From assembly GCA_965285935.1 (NCBI GenBank), contig OZ260663.1, positions 77,252,001-77,316,000 of the forward strand: a stretch of DNA of 64,000 nt, written 5' to 3'. Position 1 is the stretch's first letter, and every line of letters starts with the position of its first letter. The translations under genes and the position numbers were made by a program. The notes below the pieces were generated by a model. That model was not told where the DNA came from. It saw only the letters and a list, made by a program, of their open reading frames with translations, and made no database searches. Source of the stretch: Ophelia neglecta. Lineage: Eukaryota. This document shows positions 11,271-24,390 of the stretch, one piece after another.

Positions 11271-14200
11271 ATGGGGTGTTGTCCAGGAGGTACAAAACAC
11301 ACAGCAAGGGTCGCGCCTCTGGTAAATATTACTCTACGTACTAGTATTTAGTCTTTCCTGTGTCCTGAAAGTGAAATTTTAATTAAATTTAACTAGTATG
11401 GTCTTCAAACTACCTGCACAAAATTCGCTAGCAATATTTACATTATCATAAAGGCCGGACAAATTACTAATAATCGGTGGGTAGAGAACATATCTTAAAT
11501 TTGTTTGTTTTCAAAGACAAAATTTAAATTGACGCTCAAATCTCAGGAGAAGGCAGAAGTGGTTGGTTTGTCTAAGAACCGAGGATGTACCGACGTATTA
11601 TGTTTGTTTGTCATATTCCCGGCCTTCTTGTTCGGAATGGTAAGATTTTCAATTTAATTTGTTGTAAAAAATAATGATAATACTAAAACATCATGACGTC
11701 ATTGACATGTATCTAAAACTACTTGATTTTAAAAACGGATCTAAAGCGGCGAATAACATTAATTAATTGATAAGCAATTTAATTCACTAATTGTTTTATT
11801 CAACTCATCATTAGTGAGGGATATTAATCACAACTTAAAACGCTAGGAAACTTCCTTCGGCTTTTTTAAAAATGTAACTGATTTGTTGACAGGGATACAC
11901 TTTCTACCTCTCCTGGGGGTCGGGGGACCCTTTCGTCCTTCTGTACGGGCGGGACAGCTGGGGTAACACCTGTAACAAGGCTAATACCCCCATACCAAAT
12001 GTACCTCTGTCTGGACAAGACATGTCTGGAAAAACGTAGGCCTAAGTCTATATTAATTGCAATACATTTCTATGGTCATATTGTATTTAATCGGTTAATA
12101 CGACTTCCTTGTACAACAGTGATGTAACATATTTCAAATGTATTGATTTTCCTCTTACTGCAGGTGTGTATGAAATATAACTGTCAATTAATCGTGTTAT
12201 TCAGAGAGAATTTTGAGTAATCATATTTTCATTAAACTGGTTTGCATGCGACATTTATTCTCGAATGTCGATTCCATCTGAATTATGCGCAAAAAAACGC
12301 AGATTTCATTATCAGAACAATAAAAGATCATGTGATCAATTAGGGTAAAAAAGATGCATTTAATCATCTAAATTATTTCGTCTCATTTTATCATTCCAGA
12401 AAATCCTATTATTTCAACGCCGCAGCGCTGGTTGACCAAGCTGGTATTGTTAAATCTGACCACCTATGCGTGGAGCGCTGTCCGCCGCAGAGCCTCAGCA
12501 CGGTCTCTGAGTTACAGAGTTTCTATGGGAACACCTCCATCAGTTACTGTCAATATGGCGTGGATGTGGCCAACTTCACGGATGGGGGGAAATGTCCGCC
12601 ATTGCCAATAGATGAGCAGTGTGTTTTCTTTACATGACATGACGATTTTTAACAACTTAAAGCTTTTAAAGAGATATATGGATGGTTTTGACAAGTTTTA
12701 AACGCACATAATTTGATATGAAAATAATGCCTATGCTATCTTCTTGCAAACTTGTCTGTCGAGCACCTTCGCTTTTGCAAATTATCTTGATTTTCTTTTA
12801 TATAACTATTCCATATATGCGAGGGGGGGGGGGGGTCACTATTTTTTTCTCGAATCAAAGGGGGGGGGGGTCATTCATTAAAATGTACAAATCTGTTGCA
12901 TGTTTTCGCACGGCGTGCAAAGCGAATGTGCGCTCACCAAATCATGTTATCTAACAATCATTCATTCGTATCGCAGAATCTAGCAGGCTGTTTAGTCAAT
13001 TATGGCACCGAGTGAACCGTATGATAAGTCTGTACATAAGTTTGAATGACTAGTTTAACACATATCCCATCTTTATAGTAAATCCCTCATGCTCTCTGGC
13101 GCCTTAACCAATGCAACAAAAGACAGGAAAAAATGTATTGAGCACTAATAGGAAGTCCAATTCAAGGAATCATGTGATGAACTTGAATTTGACCTTGAAT
13201 CTTATTATTTAGATCAATCGAGATTATTGACATTTTTACTGCGAGACGAAATCCTGCATAGTGCAAGATAGGCGTGTCCTACTTATTGTTCACTATTGGG
13301 CAAACATATAAAAGGTATTTGATGTAATTTTAATTTGACCTTGACCTGATTATAAGGAACAAATTCGGTCATGGTCCCACTTTCAAGGCCAATTTAAGAT
13401 TACTGAATACCCCTCCGTCAAGTAATGGCATAATGGTGCAGATTTGGTATAACAAAAGTATTGACCTTAAATAACGCTGAATACATGGTCAAGGAGTCTG
13501 TTGGTGATTTTCAGTTGACATTGGTATCATTTTCAACATAAAAGGTCAATTGAATGCAGAACACGCAATTGTTTGGGGGGGGGGGCATCAATTGAAATTC
13601 AAGTGCGTCAAATTTTTACCCAGACCTCCCCCCCCCCCCCCTCCTCCTGTTGATTGGGCCCTTATGTTTTCAGTTATGATGTGATAAATCGATGCATTCC
13701 TAAGACTTTGATCAGTACAACCAGCGGTCTTGCCGGGAAAGCTGCCAGCGCTGTTGTTGACAAAATTCAACCCAATTGTCACAAAGAGGGAGACTTTTTC
13801 AATGTAAATAGAAAACATTATATTGAACAGTTAAGATTTAAAAATATTTTTTATTCCTTTGAAACATTTGAAATATGTTTTCAGTGCCACCTATATTACA
13901 AAACGTTTATAAGAACTAGACCGTATACAGTGTAAAAATGCACGATGGTGCTGCTAGACTGTCTAATCTATTCCACAGGTTGCCGCCAGCGATATTGAAG
14001 TGGTTTGGAAGGAAATCTTGTACCTCGTGGCTATCGCAGTTGGTCAGTTTGGATTACTGTAACGTAGTATTTTTCAGCAATGGGAAATGTTTGCCAACAG
14101 GAAATTGTCGTAATATTTGCTCTTGCTGGACAAATCGTGTACATGTTTAACGCGAATATTCAAGTTCATGGAAGGTTGCCCTTCAAGGTCATTTGACAGT

Positions 14201-17200
14201 AAAGATCAATCCGCGAACATTGCCTGTGTCAAATTATGGCAAAATATGAAATAGCAAACATTTCCTATTGCGATCAGTTCCTCGGCCAGGGTAGGCCTAT
14301 TTGTTTAGCGTTAACTCAACGTACTACGACACAAATAAGTCTTTAAATCGATATATGACTGGCCAACTCTAAACAAGCGCAGGATATAGATCTAATTATT
14401 TAACACTTAAATTATTAATTCTTTATGTCGCGAGTAATTAGTGTCGTATATTTATTATTTATAATTTGTCTTTGATCTTCTGCCCTGTAGGAGTAGCATT
14501 CATTCTGACGCTGTTGATGGGTGTGTTTGCCACCGTCATCATTTGGACCTTGTTGATAGGGATGGTGCTGGGATGCCTGGCCGCAATGGGAATATGCTGG
14601 TCAGCGCTACAAATTGCAATATAACTCAGCCTCAATCTTCGAGTTAAAATCAAGCAATGATCTCAATCCGTCTGTACATATAATTTTCATTGATAGAGGC
14701 GGCTAAGGTATACACAGGAGCCTTTTATTATATTACTATCGGATCAAAGTGTCCTTTGTAGATCACAGGCATGCAACGTGTGCCATTTATTTGTTGAACA
14801 GTTCAATCCATCAACTTCACACTTTGACAACGTTCCTTACGTGTACTAAACAAAAGGGTGCATTTTATGGGTTTTCATAAACATACAAAAGCCATTTAGT
14901 ATTATATATCGGGGTATTTTGTTATTGTGTCAGGTGGAACTGGTATTCTTTTAACTCTATTCCTGAGATGGACAAAACCGATTCAGACAAGAAAAAAACT
15001 AAAGAATGGCTTATCATAGCAAGTGTGGTGACTGTAGTGGCGGTAAGGCAAACTCTTTTAGGGTCAAATGATCTGTATAACGTTAGAACGAAAGGTGAAG
15101 TCATAGAGAACACAGGTATAGTGAGAGTATTTTCACGGCATGAAAACGAAATAATTTTGCCCGAAACTGACGGTAAAATGCCTATATTAACAAGAACAAA
15201 ATTACTTTTTCTTGTTTCACAAACTACACATCACAACTTGACATGTATATGATATTCATTCTCTTTTCGACGAAAGTTCTCTTTAAATTAGCAACTTTCT
15301 CTTTTACGAAAGGTTGTGATTCTGCTAATTATCCTGGTGCTTAGAAAAAGAATCAAGTTAGTGGCTCAGTTGTTTCGAGAAGCGGCCAAAGCTATGCGCC
15401 ACATGCCTCTGTTACTTTTTCAACCTCTGTGGGTAAGCATAGACTTTAATTACATCCCAAGCCCGTACATACATAGACTAGATGTTCTAGACAGTCCTGG
15501 GCAAAGATGGCATCAAAACAAGTTTATGCCAATTAGTGAATTCTTATTTTTTCCCGTGAGAATTCTAAAATACAATGGCCTTTTTCACAATATTTGTCAA
15601 ATAATTGTATACTTAACAATATGTTCTTATTGCAGAGTTTGATAGCTCTTGTTGTCATATTAGCAGGCGTGCTATTCATATTTTCTTATGTTATAACTGC
15701 AGGTTAGTCCCAGAATTATTTTTAACTATTTGAAGGTAACACGCTAGGAAACCATTCATTTTTGATTTTTGTTATCGATAACACTGTTTATTCATGATGA
15801 TGTACTAACTCAAACAGGAGACCCAACTCTTGATCCTGGCACTGGTTATGTCGAATTCAAACCGAGTCAAGTATTATTCGTGAGTACATCTAATTTGTTT
15901 CTCATTTGCTCAGGGTAAATTAATATAAGCCAAGCAATTTCTTTTGTCGGTGAAGACAAACACACATTGTCCTGCACAGTATACAAACTAAAAGTTGATA
16001 AATCAACAAATTTTGCTTATTGTTAAAAATTGATTGCAAGGATTTGAATTTGTTTGCAGTATATGAGATGGTATTATATTCTTGGCATTCTCTGGTGGAT
16101 CCAATTTGTATTCGCCTGTGAACAAATGGTCATCGCCGCTGCAGTAGTAATATGGTTCTTCAGGAGGTATGGGCAATACATCAAGTCTTTAAGCCTATTT
16201 CGTTTTATGCAGGAATCTTCCTGTTTGACCGTAGAATTACTGTTAGTTATTTATCGTCATAATTATATTAGATGGAACGTGTAATACACCACAGCCTTTA
16301 AATAAACGTTGTAGCACACTGGTTAATAAACTTATCTTAATCTGTATCACAATACTTGTTCTTGGCACTGCTAAAGCTTAAATGTTACCATTCCTGATCA
16401 TATGAGTATTTTGTTTGAAAGGAGTAAGTTGAATGTTGCTTGAATCATGGCAGGGACAAGTCTAAGCTGGGCTGGCCAATCCTGAGGGCACACAAGACGG
16501 TGATCAGGTATCATCTCGGCACTGTGCTCTTCGGCTCCTTTATTATCGCCCTCGTACAGCTGGCAAGACTCATCCTCGAATATGTAGAAAGAACGTAAGT
16601 CAGACAACATCTAGCCTATTTTAAACGAAACACCATTATGGACTACTTGATGAAATGACACGTGTACCAATAATACCGCTATTAATTCTAGACAAATGTT
16701 TTACTTAAACCAAACAACTTTCTTATACACACTTTTAAAGTTTTGACAAATAGAAAGGTGCAGTCTTTGTGGCTGTTACTATATTGATGGTCAGATTATT
16801 TGCAACAGATACGTGTAGTTTTGTTTTAGCGTGGTTATCACTGCCAGGCACCTTGAATTAATATCTACAATTGGTCCAGTAAAAATCATCCTTCTCATTC
16901 AAGATTGAAGATGAAGTCCAATAAATGTACTGCCTGCCTTATTAAATGCCTGAAGTGCTGTTTATGGTGCTTCGAGAAACTCCTAAAATTCATCAACACC
17001 AACGCCTACATCATGACAGGTATAGAGGCCTATTTTATTAACTTGCATGATATTGTTAAGATGAACAGTTGAAAAGAAAAACGTCTTCAGGAAAAAAAGA
17101 CACTGAAGATCCGTCATTTCGTAACAACCAAGACTTTAGATAGACTTAAATCGATTAGCACCCCAAGCGCCTGCCTCTCCAGGCCTCACTACCTCTAATT

Positions 17201-19456
17201 GAATATAATTGACGTTGGTTTTATCTTCTCAAAGCCACAATTAATCCCAACTGCAAATTTAACACTCTCTCAACAAAATTTAAAAAAGACGGGACAATGC
17301 CTTTTCTGTACGAGATCGGGTACCTTACGAGGGGAGATGTCGTAGTTGACAAAAATTGTATTTGCTACTTCGATATTGGTGTCACCTTTACTACAGTAGA
17401 CTATCTACCCGTGAGGCAGCGGTCGTGCGCACACGCTATGTAAGCGCAATTGCAAAATCCACCAGGTAGATCAGGAAAATTAAACTTTTCACCGGTTTTA
17501 ATTTGCATTTGATATTGATAAAGCACACCAAGAGAAGGTCGATAGTTTATAGGTATTTATAACTTACCCTTGTAATGGCCAACCTTTCCGAGATTTATGC
17601 CCGAACGACACCGTAAACAGTGACCAGGACTTACCTCTCTTATTTCCACACTGAGGTTCTACAGAAGCTAAAAGTGCAAAGCAGCATTTTTCCTGATTAC
17701 ACCTATCTAAGTATTTCGTGTATATTTTGTATTTTTATTATTATTATTATCAAAACGGGGCACTTTTTCCCTTCAAGCCACTAGTGTTATTTTGATTTAT
17801 TTTCTTTTAAATATCTATCCATAGCCATACATGGCCATAATTTCTGCCGGGCAGCCTTCGCGGCCTTGGCAGTGATTATAAGTAACGTGCTGAGGGTGGC
17901 CACCATCAACTCTGTTGGCACGTTTATCCTCTTCCTGGGAAAGTGTGGCGTTGTCGCCATCACCGTGGTCATTGGACACGAGTTCTTTATTAAGGTAGAA
18001 ATAACGTGGTTCTTTGAGTTAACTTTGTTTCAATTTTGTGTATAACTTTGCAAAACTGGCAAGGATTGGCATTGGTTAAGGCCACTCTCTGTCTGTCATG
18101 GACTAAAACTTGCCAGATATCTTTAATTTTTGATAACTACATGAAATATTATATTAGTATATGAGCATCATCGTACTGACCGAAAATTGACAGCGACCCC
18201 TCGTGGTCAATGTGTTAATTTTCAGAATGATTGGAAAAACTCGGCGACGAAATTTGATTATGATTTGATATTTTTGCTGACAGGACCACGATGATATTTG
18301 TTACCAGTTCGTCCCTTTGATAGTGGTCGGGGTGTTGGCCTACTTAGTGGGTGACTGTTTTTTAACAACGTACAGTGTAAGTCAAAGTTACATCTTAAAA
18401 TCCCTAATATTGTTGGCAAGTACTGAACCACGTATGAATGTGGAAACTTTTAAGAAAGTCATAAATGCCATTAATTATATGATGTGTGCTTATCATGTAA
18501 GAATCTATAGTTATGTGTAGTCAATTCCTTCTTTGACTAGTGTTGGTTTTACATTCTAATTTGGCCACGCTTGTTAAAGATCTGACTCCACAGACTTCAC
18601 AAACCGCTGCAGTGTATTCCGTGCGGTGTATTGTGGGTAATAAACTGGTGTTGACACCTGTTGGGTAGTAGATTATTTTAAAGTTGTTGTTGCCTATTAT
18701 GAGACTAACTAACTGACAGGAAGAGAAATACAAAGTATTTTACTGCTTTTTGCTTTATGGACTAGACTTGAGTGACCTAAACTGACACCTAGCAGCTTTG
18801 TGGCAGTGGTAGTGTTGTTAAGCACTTCAAACAGTATTTTACATCCACCCCATAGGCCTAGACTAAAATTAAGCATATTATAGGCCGACTATCTACAGTC
18901 ACGCTCGAAACAACAAAATACATAAGCTGTTACATCTTTGACCTTGGTCCTGACCCTATGATAGATATATTTGCATATTAAAGGACCATGGAGCTGATTG
19001 GACCTTGAGTGTTGGCTAATACTTCCCGTTACATAAAAACATTCGCAAGCTCGCCCACGTCTTTTTACTACTTCGACTACCGTTTCTAACTGACAGAAAG
19101 ACTTCCTAGCAACACTGTTTTAAGCCTTAGATAAAAATCATTTAATACTACTCGTTTCAGATGGCAATCGACACAATTTTCATGTGTTTCTGCGAGGACT
19201 GCTCAGCCAATAATGGTGTAGACAGGCCTTATTACATGAGCCGGGACCTTATGGTATTTCGCTTTAAATGAAGAAATTGCTTATCAAATTATCAAATTAA
19301 ACATAAATGTAAAGCATCAATAGTTATATTATTAAATGCATTTTTTGCTTACAGGAATTTGTTGACAATTCCCGCGAGGCCCTGGCTGCTGACGACGCTA
19401 GGGGAAAAAAGGCCCAAATAGCCCCGACAGGGAAGGACTCGCTACAGCATGTATAA
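11271..19456 (+). CDS. SLC44A1: Choline transporter-like protein 1 (CTL1/SLC44 family), 18 coding exons, ~662 aa, complete
   Basis: Exons 11271-11321, 11547-11639, 11893-12035, 12400-12618, 13674-13803, 13979-14042, 14491-14599, 14934-15042, 15313-15432, 15636-15702, 15818-15879, 16060-16166, 16454-16594, 16904-17019, 17825-17994, 18284-18376, 19161-19253, 19355-19456 (1989 nt, in frame). Family motifs: N-terminal MGCC, RGCTD, YGRDSWGNTC, LRKRIKLV..FREAAKA..P, RYHLGT..FGSFII, CCLWCFEK..KFINTNAYI..AIHGHNFC, NVLRVATINSVG.F.LFLGK, AIDTIFMCFCED..N..RPYYMS. Confidence 0.93.
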
Positions 19457-19987
19457 ATGAACAGTTTGTCCAACGCCTGTGTAGAACAGAGGCCGGTTGT
19501 AGGACGTGCACGGGATATTATAATTACCGTGGAGCTTTACATAACGGTAAAATGGCGCTGCTGGACGGGCCAATGCGGAAGTTAGCTATTAGAGCTGGTT
19601 GCAATCGGTGGATTAGATTAAATATTATGATCTGACGGGGGATTGACCACATTTATTTATTAAAGTAGTAGATATTGCAATACCTTTAGCTTCTAGTTAC
19701 TCACATTCCGCCTCTACTGTTTCCACGCTGTAGAACTCATTTGACATGCGCATGCTTACAATCTTGATAATTTTGACAGACATTCGAAAACTTTTCTTTT
19801 TCTTAAGTGCACGATAACTGCTAGTTTAATAATTATAGTATTTTGATTGTCGTTGTTTTATTTAGGCTACCGTCAAGCGCATCTGACCTGATCTCATTTT
19901 GTATCAGACGATGCAAAAAGATATTTTATTATCTTTAACATTATTATTATCAATGTTATATAGGTCTTTTGTTTCTTCGCCACGTGA

Positions 19988-20060
19988 AATAAAGCAGCTT
20001 CGTTTTACATGATACTTTGTCCAAAGTCTTTATCCGCTTACGGTAATCTATTGCAATAAA
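19988..20060 (+). promoter_or_regulatory. Candidate polyadenylation signals of the CTL1-like gene
   Basis: AATAAA at 19988-19993 and 20055-20060 downstream of the stop at 19456. Confidence 0.35.
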
Positions 20061-23000
20061 TGACCCCCGCGCACTACTACTACTGCATGGGGCCACTATT
20101 GCTATTTGTTTCCGCTCACAAATATTTCAGTGTATTCTGTACAAACACGGGCTGGTGATGGATGTTAGATTTGCCATCCTCTGGTGAACTCGAGTCAAAC
20201 TTAAGTTTTAAATATCCAGCCCATCTATGATATCATTATAAACCTGGCGATGCCTTTTAAAGCAATTTGCGAAATAGTATTTTTTTTTTATATATAAATA
20301 AACGACCTTGGAATTGGAAACACTACACCGGAATGAGCAGTTACTTGTTATTCGCATTCACTGTTGAACTAGTATCCTTCAGGGTGATTACAATCGCATT
20401 CAAAATAGCTAGGAAAGAACAGATATCAAATGATATAAAACGAGTCAAGCGTTACCCTTAATTGCCCCAAATGCCTTACTATTGAACAGACAGGATTTAG
20501 AAAAAGAAAGAGATGTAAGTCTTCACATAAATATACTACAGCACTTAATACAGCTATACATACAGTTGTTGTAACACGCGTGGTGACGCTTCAGATTTAT
20601 TGGTTTATTAATGTATCTTATCAAACATTTAGAAGTTATTGCCTGACTGTTCATTTGATTTCCTGAATAATTTTTTTAAATGCATAAAAAAAACTTCACT
20701 TATTTCGTTTTATAACTAAGAATTGCTCTCTTTAACTATAAAATAAGAAATGATAATTTGCTTTAAGTAGATATATAAAGTCGTTTTACGGAAACAAACA
20801 TATGCGAGAGAATGTAACCCCCCCCCCCCCATCCCCACTACACCCACACACACACACGCCCATTCCCTCCCCCAATCTGGTCTTAATGGAACTTAAATAC
20901 TACTCTATGCTATTGTAGATTTTGAGACCGACCTGTATAATAACCGAATGGGGTGTTGTTTACTTTGACTCAAGTACATGAAATAATTATAGTCCAAGCA
21001 GTGACTTAGTTTGTGACTTAACCTAACAGGAATATTTTCTTCCTATTAAAGCATCTATTACTATACAAGAAACCGATCTCTATTTGTGATAAATATCTAG
21101 TGGGAAAAGACTGGAGTTGCTTTCCAAAGGAATTTGTTTTGACATGTTGACAAATCGTCGACAAATGAAATACGGCAGTTATTTCCGTGGCCGATATGTC
21201 AATTTATATTTATTCTTTGGAAATCCTGCAATGAATAAAGACACGGTTTATCATACCTTTAGAAGAGCAATTTGTATTGGCAAAAATAGTTGTCGACTGT
21301 GCAAGAGGCAATCTTTGTTTGCTTTAGGTGGTATATGTATATATGAGGCGTGCTACTATAATGGAGAAGGTATAATGCTGAGCACATACTAAAAAATATG
21401 CCGAAGTTTGCGTTAACAAACTTTATTTCAATACAAATGTCCAAGATATATTTGTTAAACTAATCCAATCACACACATACACTGTTCTTATAGAGTTTTG
21501 ATTTCATTTTCATACAGTATATTTTAAAAAGATAAAAGTTCTTAGTTTAAGTCCACAGTTTTATCATTTCAGTATCCGAAGTGCAGACGACATTGACACT
21601 GTAGCAGTGCATGAATAAACAGACCAATCCATGGTATCATAATCAATTATTGCGCAAAATTTGATAATGAAATATGGAAGAAAAATAATATCTAAAATAC
21701 TCAGAAAGAGAAATGTGGCCGTTTTACACAAGGATAAGGCTATAAAACATTGAATCGTGAACACTGTAAAATAACAAGAGTAGAAAAAAATGTCATTCAA
21801 AACTTTTTACAATTCCAATTCATTATAAGTGCATCGCACATCACATAGGTCATGCGCAGTGACCTCGTTTCGTTTATTGCTCACTTACTAACGACTACCG
21901 GTATCGTAACTATCAATACACTATTTATATCAAAATGTATAGGCATGCTTTCATCACCTTTACATGTCGGAGTGATATCCTTTTACTGTGCTTGGAGAAC
22001 ATCAAGCAGGCTAGCATTTGATGCTTACAAGAAAACTACTGATTAATTTCGCTTCGATTTGCAGAGATCAGCTAATTAAGCCTCCAGCTCTCTTTCTCTT
22101 GGAAAAACGTTGCTATGCCCCGCGCCGTAGCCATGTTTCTTCATCATTTACATGCCTGCGGCTTCGAGTGTAAAACTCTTTAAACAAATTACAAATGCCA
22201 GTCTGTTAGGAAATGGGTCATCCTTATCGGGAAGGGAGGAAACGCTTGCGTTTCAGTGACGACTGAAGTAATGAAACAAAAAGATAGCTTCAGCTGTCTG
22301 TAAATTACACGCTTTTTCGAGACAATTTTCATTAACCGTCCATAATTAGCGTGTTCCTCCGAAGTCTAATTTAACAAGCATTAATTGGACATTTCAAGTA
22401 CTGCTAACCGAAGACGGTAGGAAGCCTGAGTGTTAAGAATCAGATGGCACAGGCATGTGCCTATTTCAAGAAAATCCTTCCCTTAAATATAATGCCCTAT
22501 AACTGGTTCTTCTTTCATGTTTCTTTGATTATTCAAATCTTGTTTATTTAAGCATAAATCAATCAGTAAAACCACAGTCTAGAAGGCGAACTTCTCAAAC
22601 AAGACGACTGTTCAAGATTAACGACGAGTTCCTTGGCACCCACGAAGTCTACCACTGAATTCTGTTCACTTAACCCAAGGTGCGTGAACACTGGCTACTG
22701 ACACTTTAACTATATCTGTCCTTCTGAAGTGGCCTAGTTATATACACAACACACACACAGATATCACATACCTGAGTACATTACACAATCATGTAGTATT
22801 TTGTCTCAAAACGAAAGCTGTCACTATGCACATATACTTTGGAAAAAGGGATAATACCCATAGCAATTGATACTTTCTCTTTCTGACTTACTGTGTATAT
22901 GCCTTCGAGATGGGTCAGCATTCAAAAAGTTGTTCTTCGGACAAGTTGAGCGTTGTTACCATACAGACATAATTGTATGACCTATAAATACAAATCAGCC

Positions 23001-23612
23001 ATCGACACAGGACTATGTAAACGTCATGGGCTTTAATAGAAAATTAGAGCACACTCATTTAGAACGCTCCAACACTGAACAATGGTATGAGTGTAACTTA
23101 GAAAATGTAGAGAAGTAGTACGCCAAAGAAAAACAACAACATACAATAAAAAAGCTCCTTCGTCAATCGGCACCTTAATAAGGGCTTTTATTATTAGAGT
23201 TTGCCCAACATAATCTAACCAGCGAAATGTTAATCATATCAAATAATGATAATCTTGGCTTGACTTCACATTTGTCCCAAAAAAGTGAAATCGTTATAAA
23301 AAGTATGATGGAGCCGTTGTAAAGTTTTAGACATGAGTGATAATATAACAAAACTACTGTGATCATTAGGTAACCAAACCATGTACAAGTAATAAGATTT
23401 GTTGAGCACCACGAGGACACCTGAAGCAGTCTGCCTGGATTTCGATATGGGCCTGGCCACAGGGGCAGGTTAGGGAGAGTCAGAAGACACAGACCTCTCC
23501 TTTTACACAAGGGATCTGTGGCCCCAACCCTCAATTATAGAAATTTGCTAGTTCTTCAGAGGGTGTTAGAAGAGAAAGATATCGATGTACCCTCTCATGA
23601 CCTCTCCCGCTG

Positions 23613-23891
23613 CTGACCCGCTCTGAAGTTCGGAGGCTACCTGATCAGCGTTTCGCCCCTGACTCGGTCTGAAGTTCGGAGGCTACCTGATCAGCGTTTC
23701 GCCCCTGACCCGCCCTGAAGTTCGGAGGCTACCTGATCAGCGTTTCGCCCCTGACCCGCTCTGACGTTCGGAGGCTACCTGATCAGCGTTTCGCCCCTGA
23801 CTCGCTCTGAAGTTCGGAGGCTACCTGATCAGCGTTTCGCCCCTGACTCGCTCTGAAGTTCGGAGGCTACCTGATCAGCGTTTCGCCCCTG
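23613..23891. repeat. Minisatellite, 6 near-identical copies of a 46-bp unit
   Basis: Unit CTGACYCGCTCTGAAGTTCGGAGGCTACCTGATCAGCGTTTCGCCC starting at 23613, 23659, 23705, 23751, 23797, 23843; only 0-2 substitutions per copy. Confidence 0.97.
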
Positions 23892-23938
23892 CTGCTGCCA
23901 TCAAGCTTAAGCTGCTCCCGGTGTCCTCGCTCTAATTG

Positions 23939-24390
23939 TCACGATCTCCGGTTGTCCATCGTGTAGTCGTCATCCAGGCCCACCACAGCTGCCGGTTTAT
24001 GACGCAGAGGTAAAGTACTCCTGGGCAGCGTTCCCTTGGAGTCAAGCTCGAAATACTGCGGGTCTGCCCTATTTCTGCGCAGGGGGCGCGGCGTCTCGTA
24101 TATATGCGCCTGTGTGAACTCTTCTTCCGGTGAAAACTCATCTACTTGAGTCAATTCCATAGAATCACATCCAAATATGGGGCTTGTGGGTTCTGGGTCC
24201 TCAATATGGCCATCGAACAGGGTATCATCAAAGAGATTACCAGGAGGGGGCGCCATTGGCCACATCTCCCTCACATAGGCATAGTCGTCTTCCTTTGACT
24301 TGTCCTTCCAATGGTCCTTCTCCTTGTCACGTTCCTTGGAGTTCTGATCCGAAGTGGATGATTTATGCGGGCCTTTCAATGTGCCAGTTT
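23939..24390 (-). CDS. Receptor last exon: cytoplasmic tail with Tyr motifs (DYAYV, HIYETP, QYFELD)
   Basis: Part of ORF 23939..24448; acceptor cttcag immediately before 24390, phase 1. Confidence 0.8.

Noticed and set aside
23613-23891. CRISPR-like array
   Set aside because: Units are contiguous with no unique spacers, there are no cas genes, and the context is eukaryotic; it is a minisatellite.
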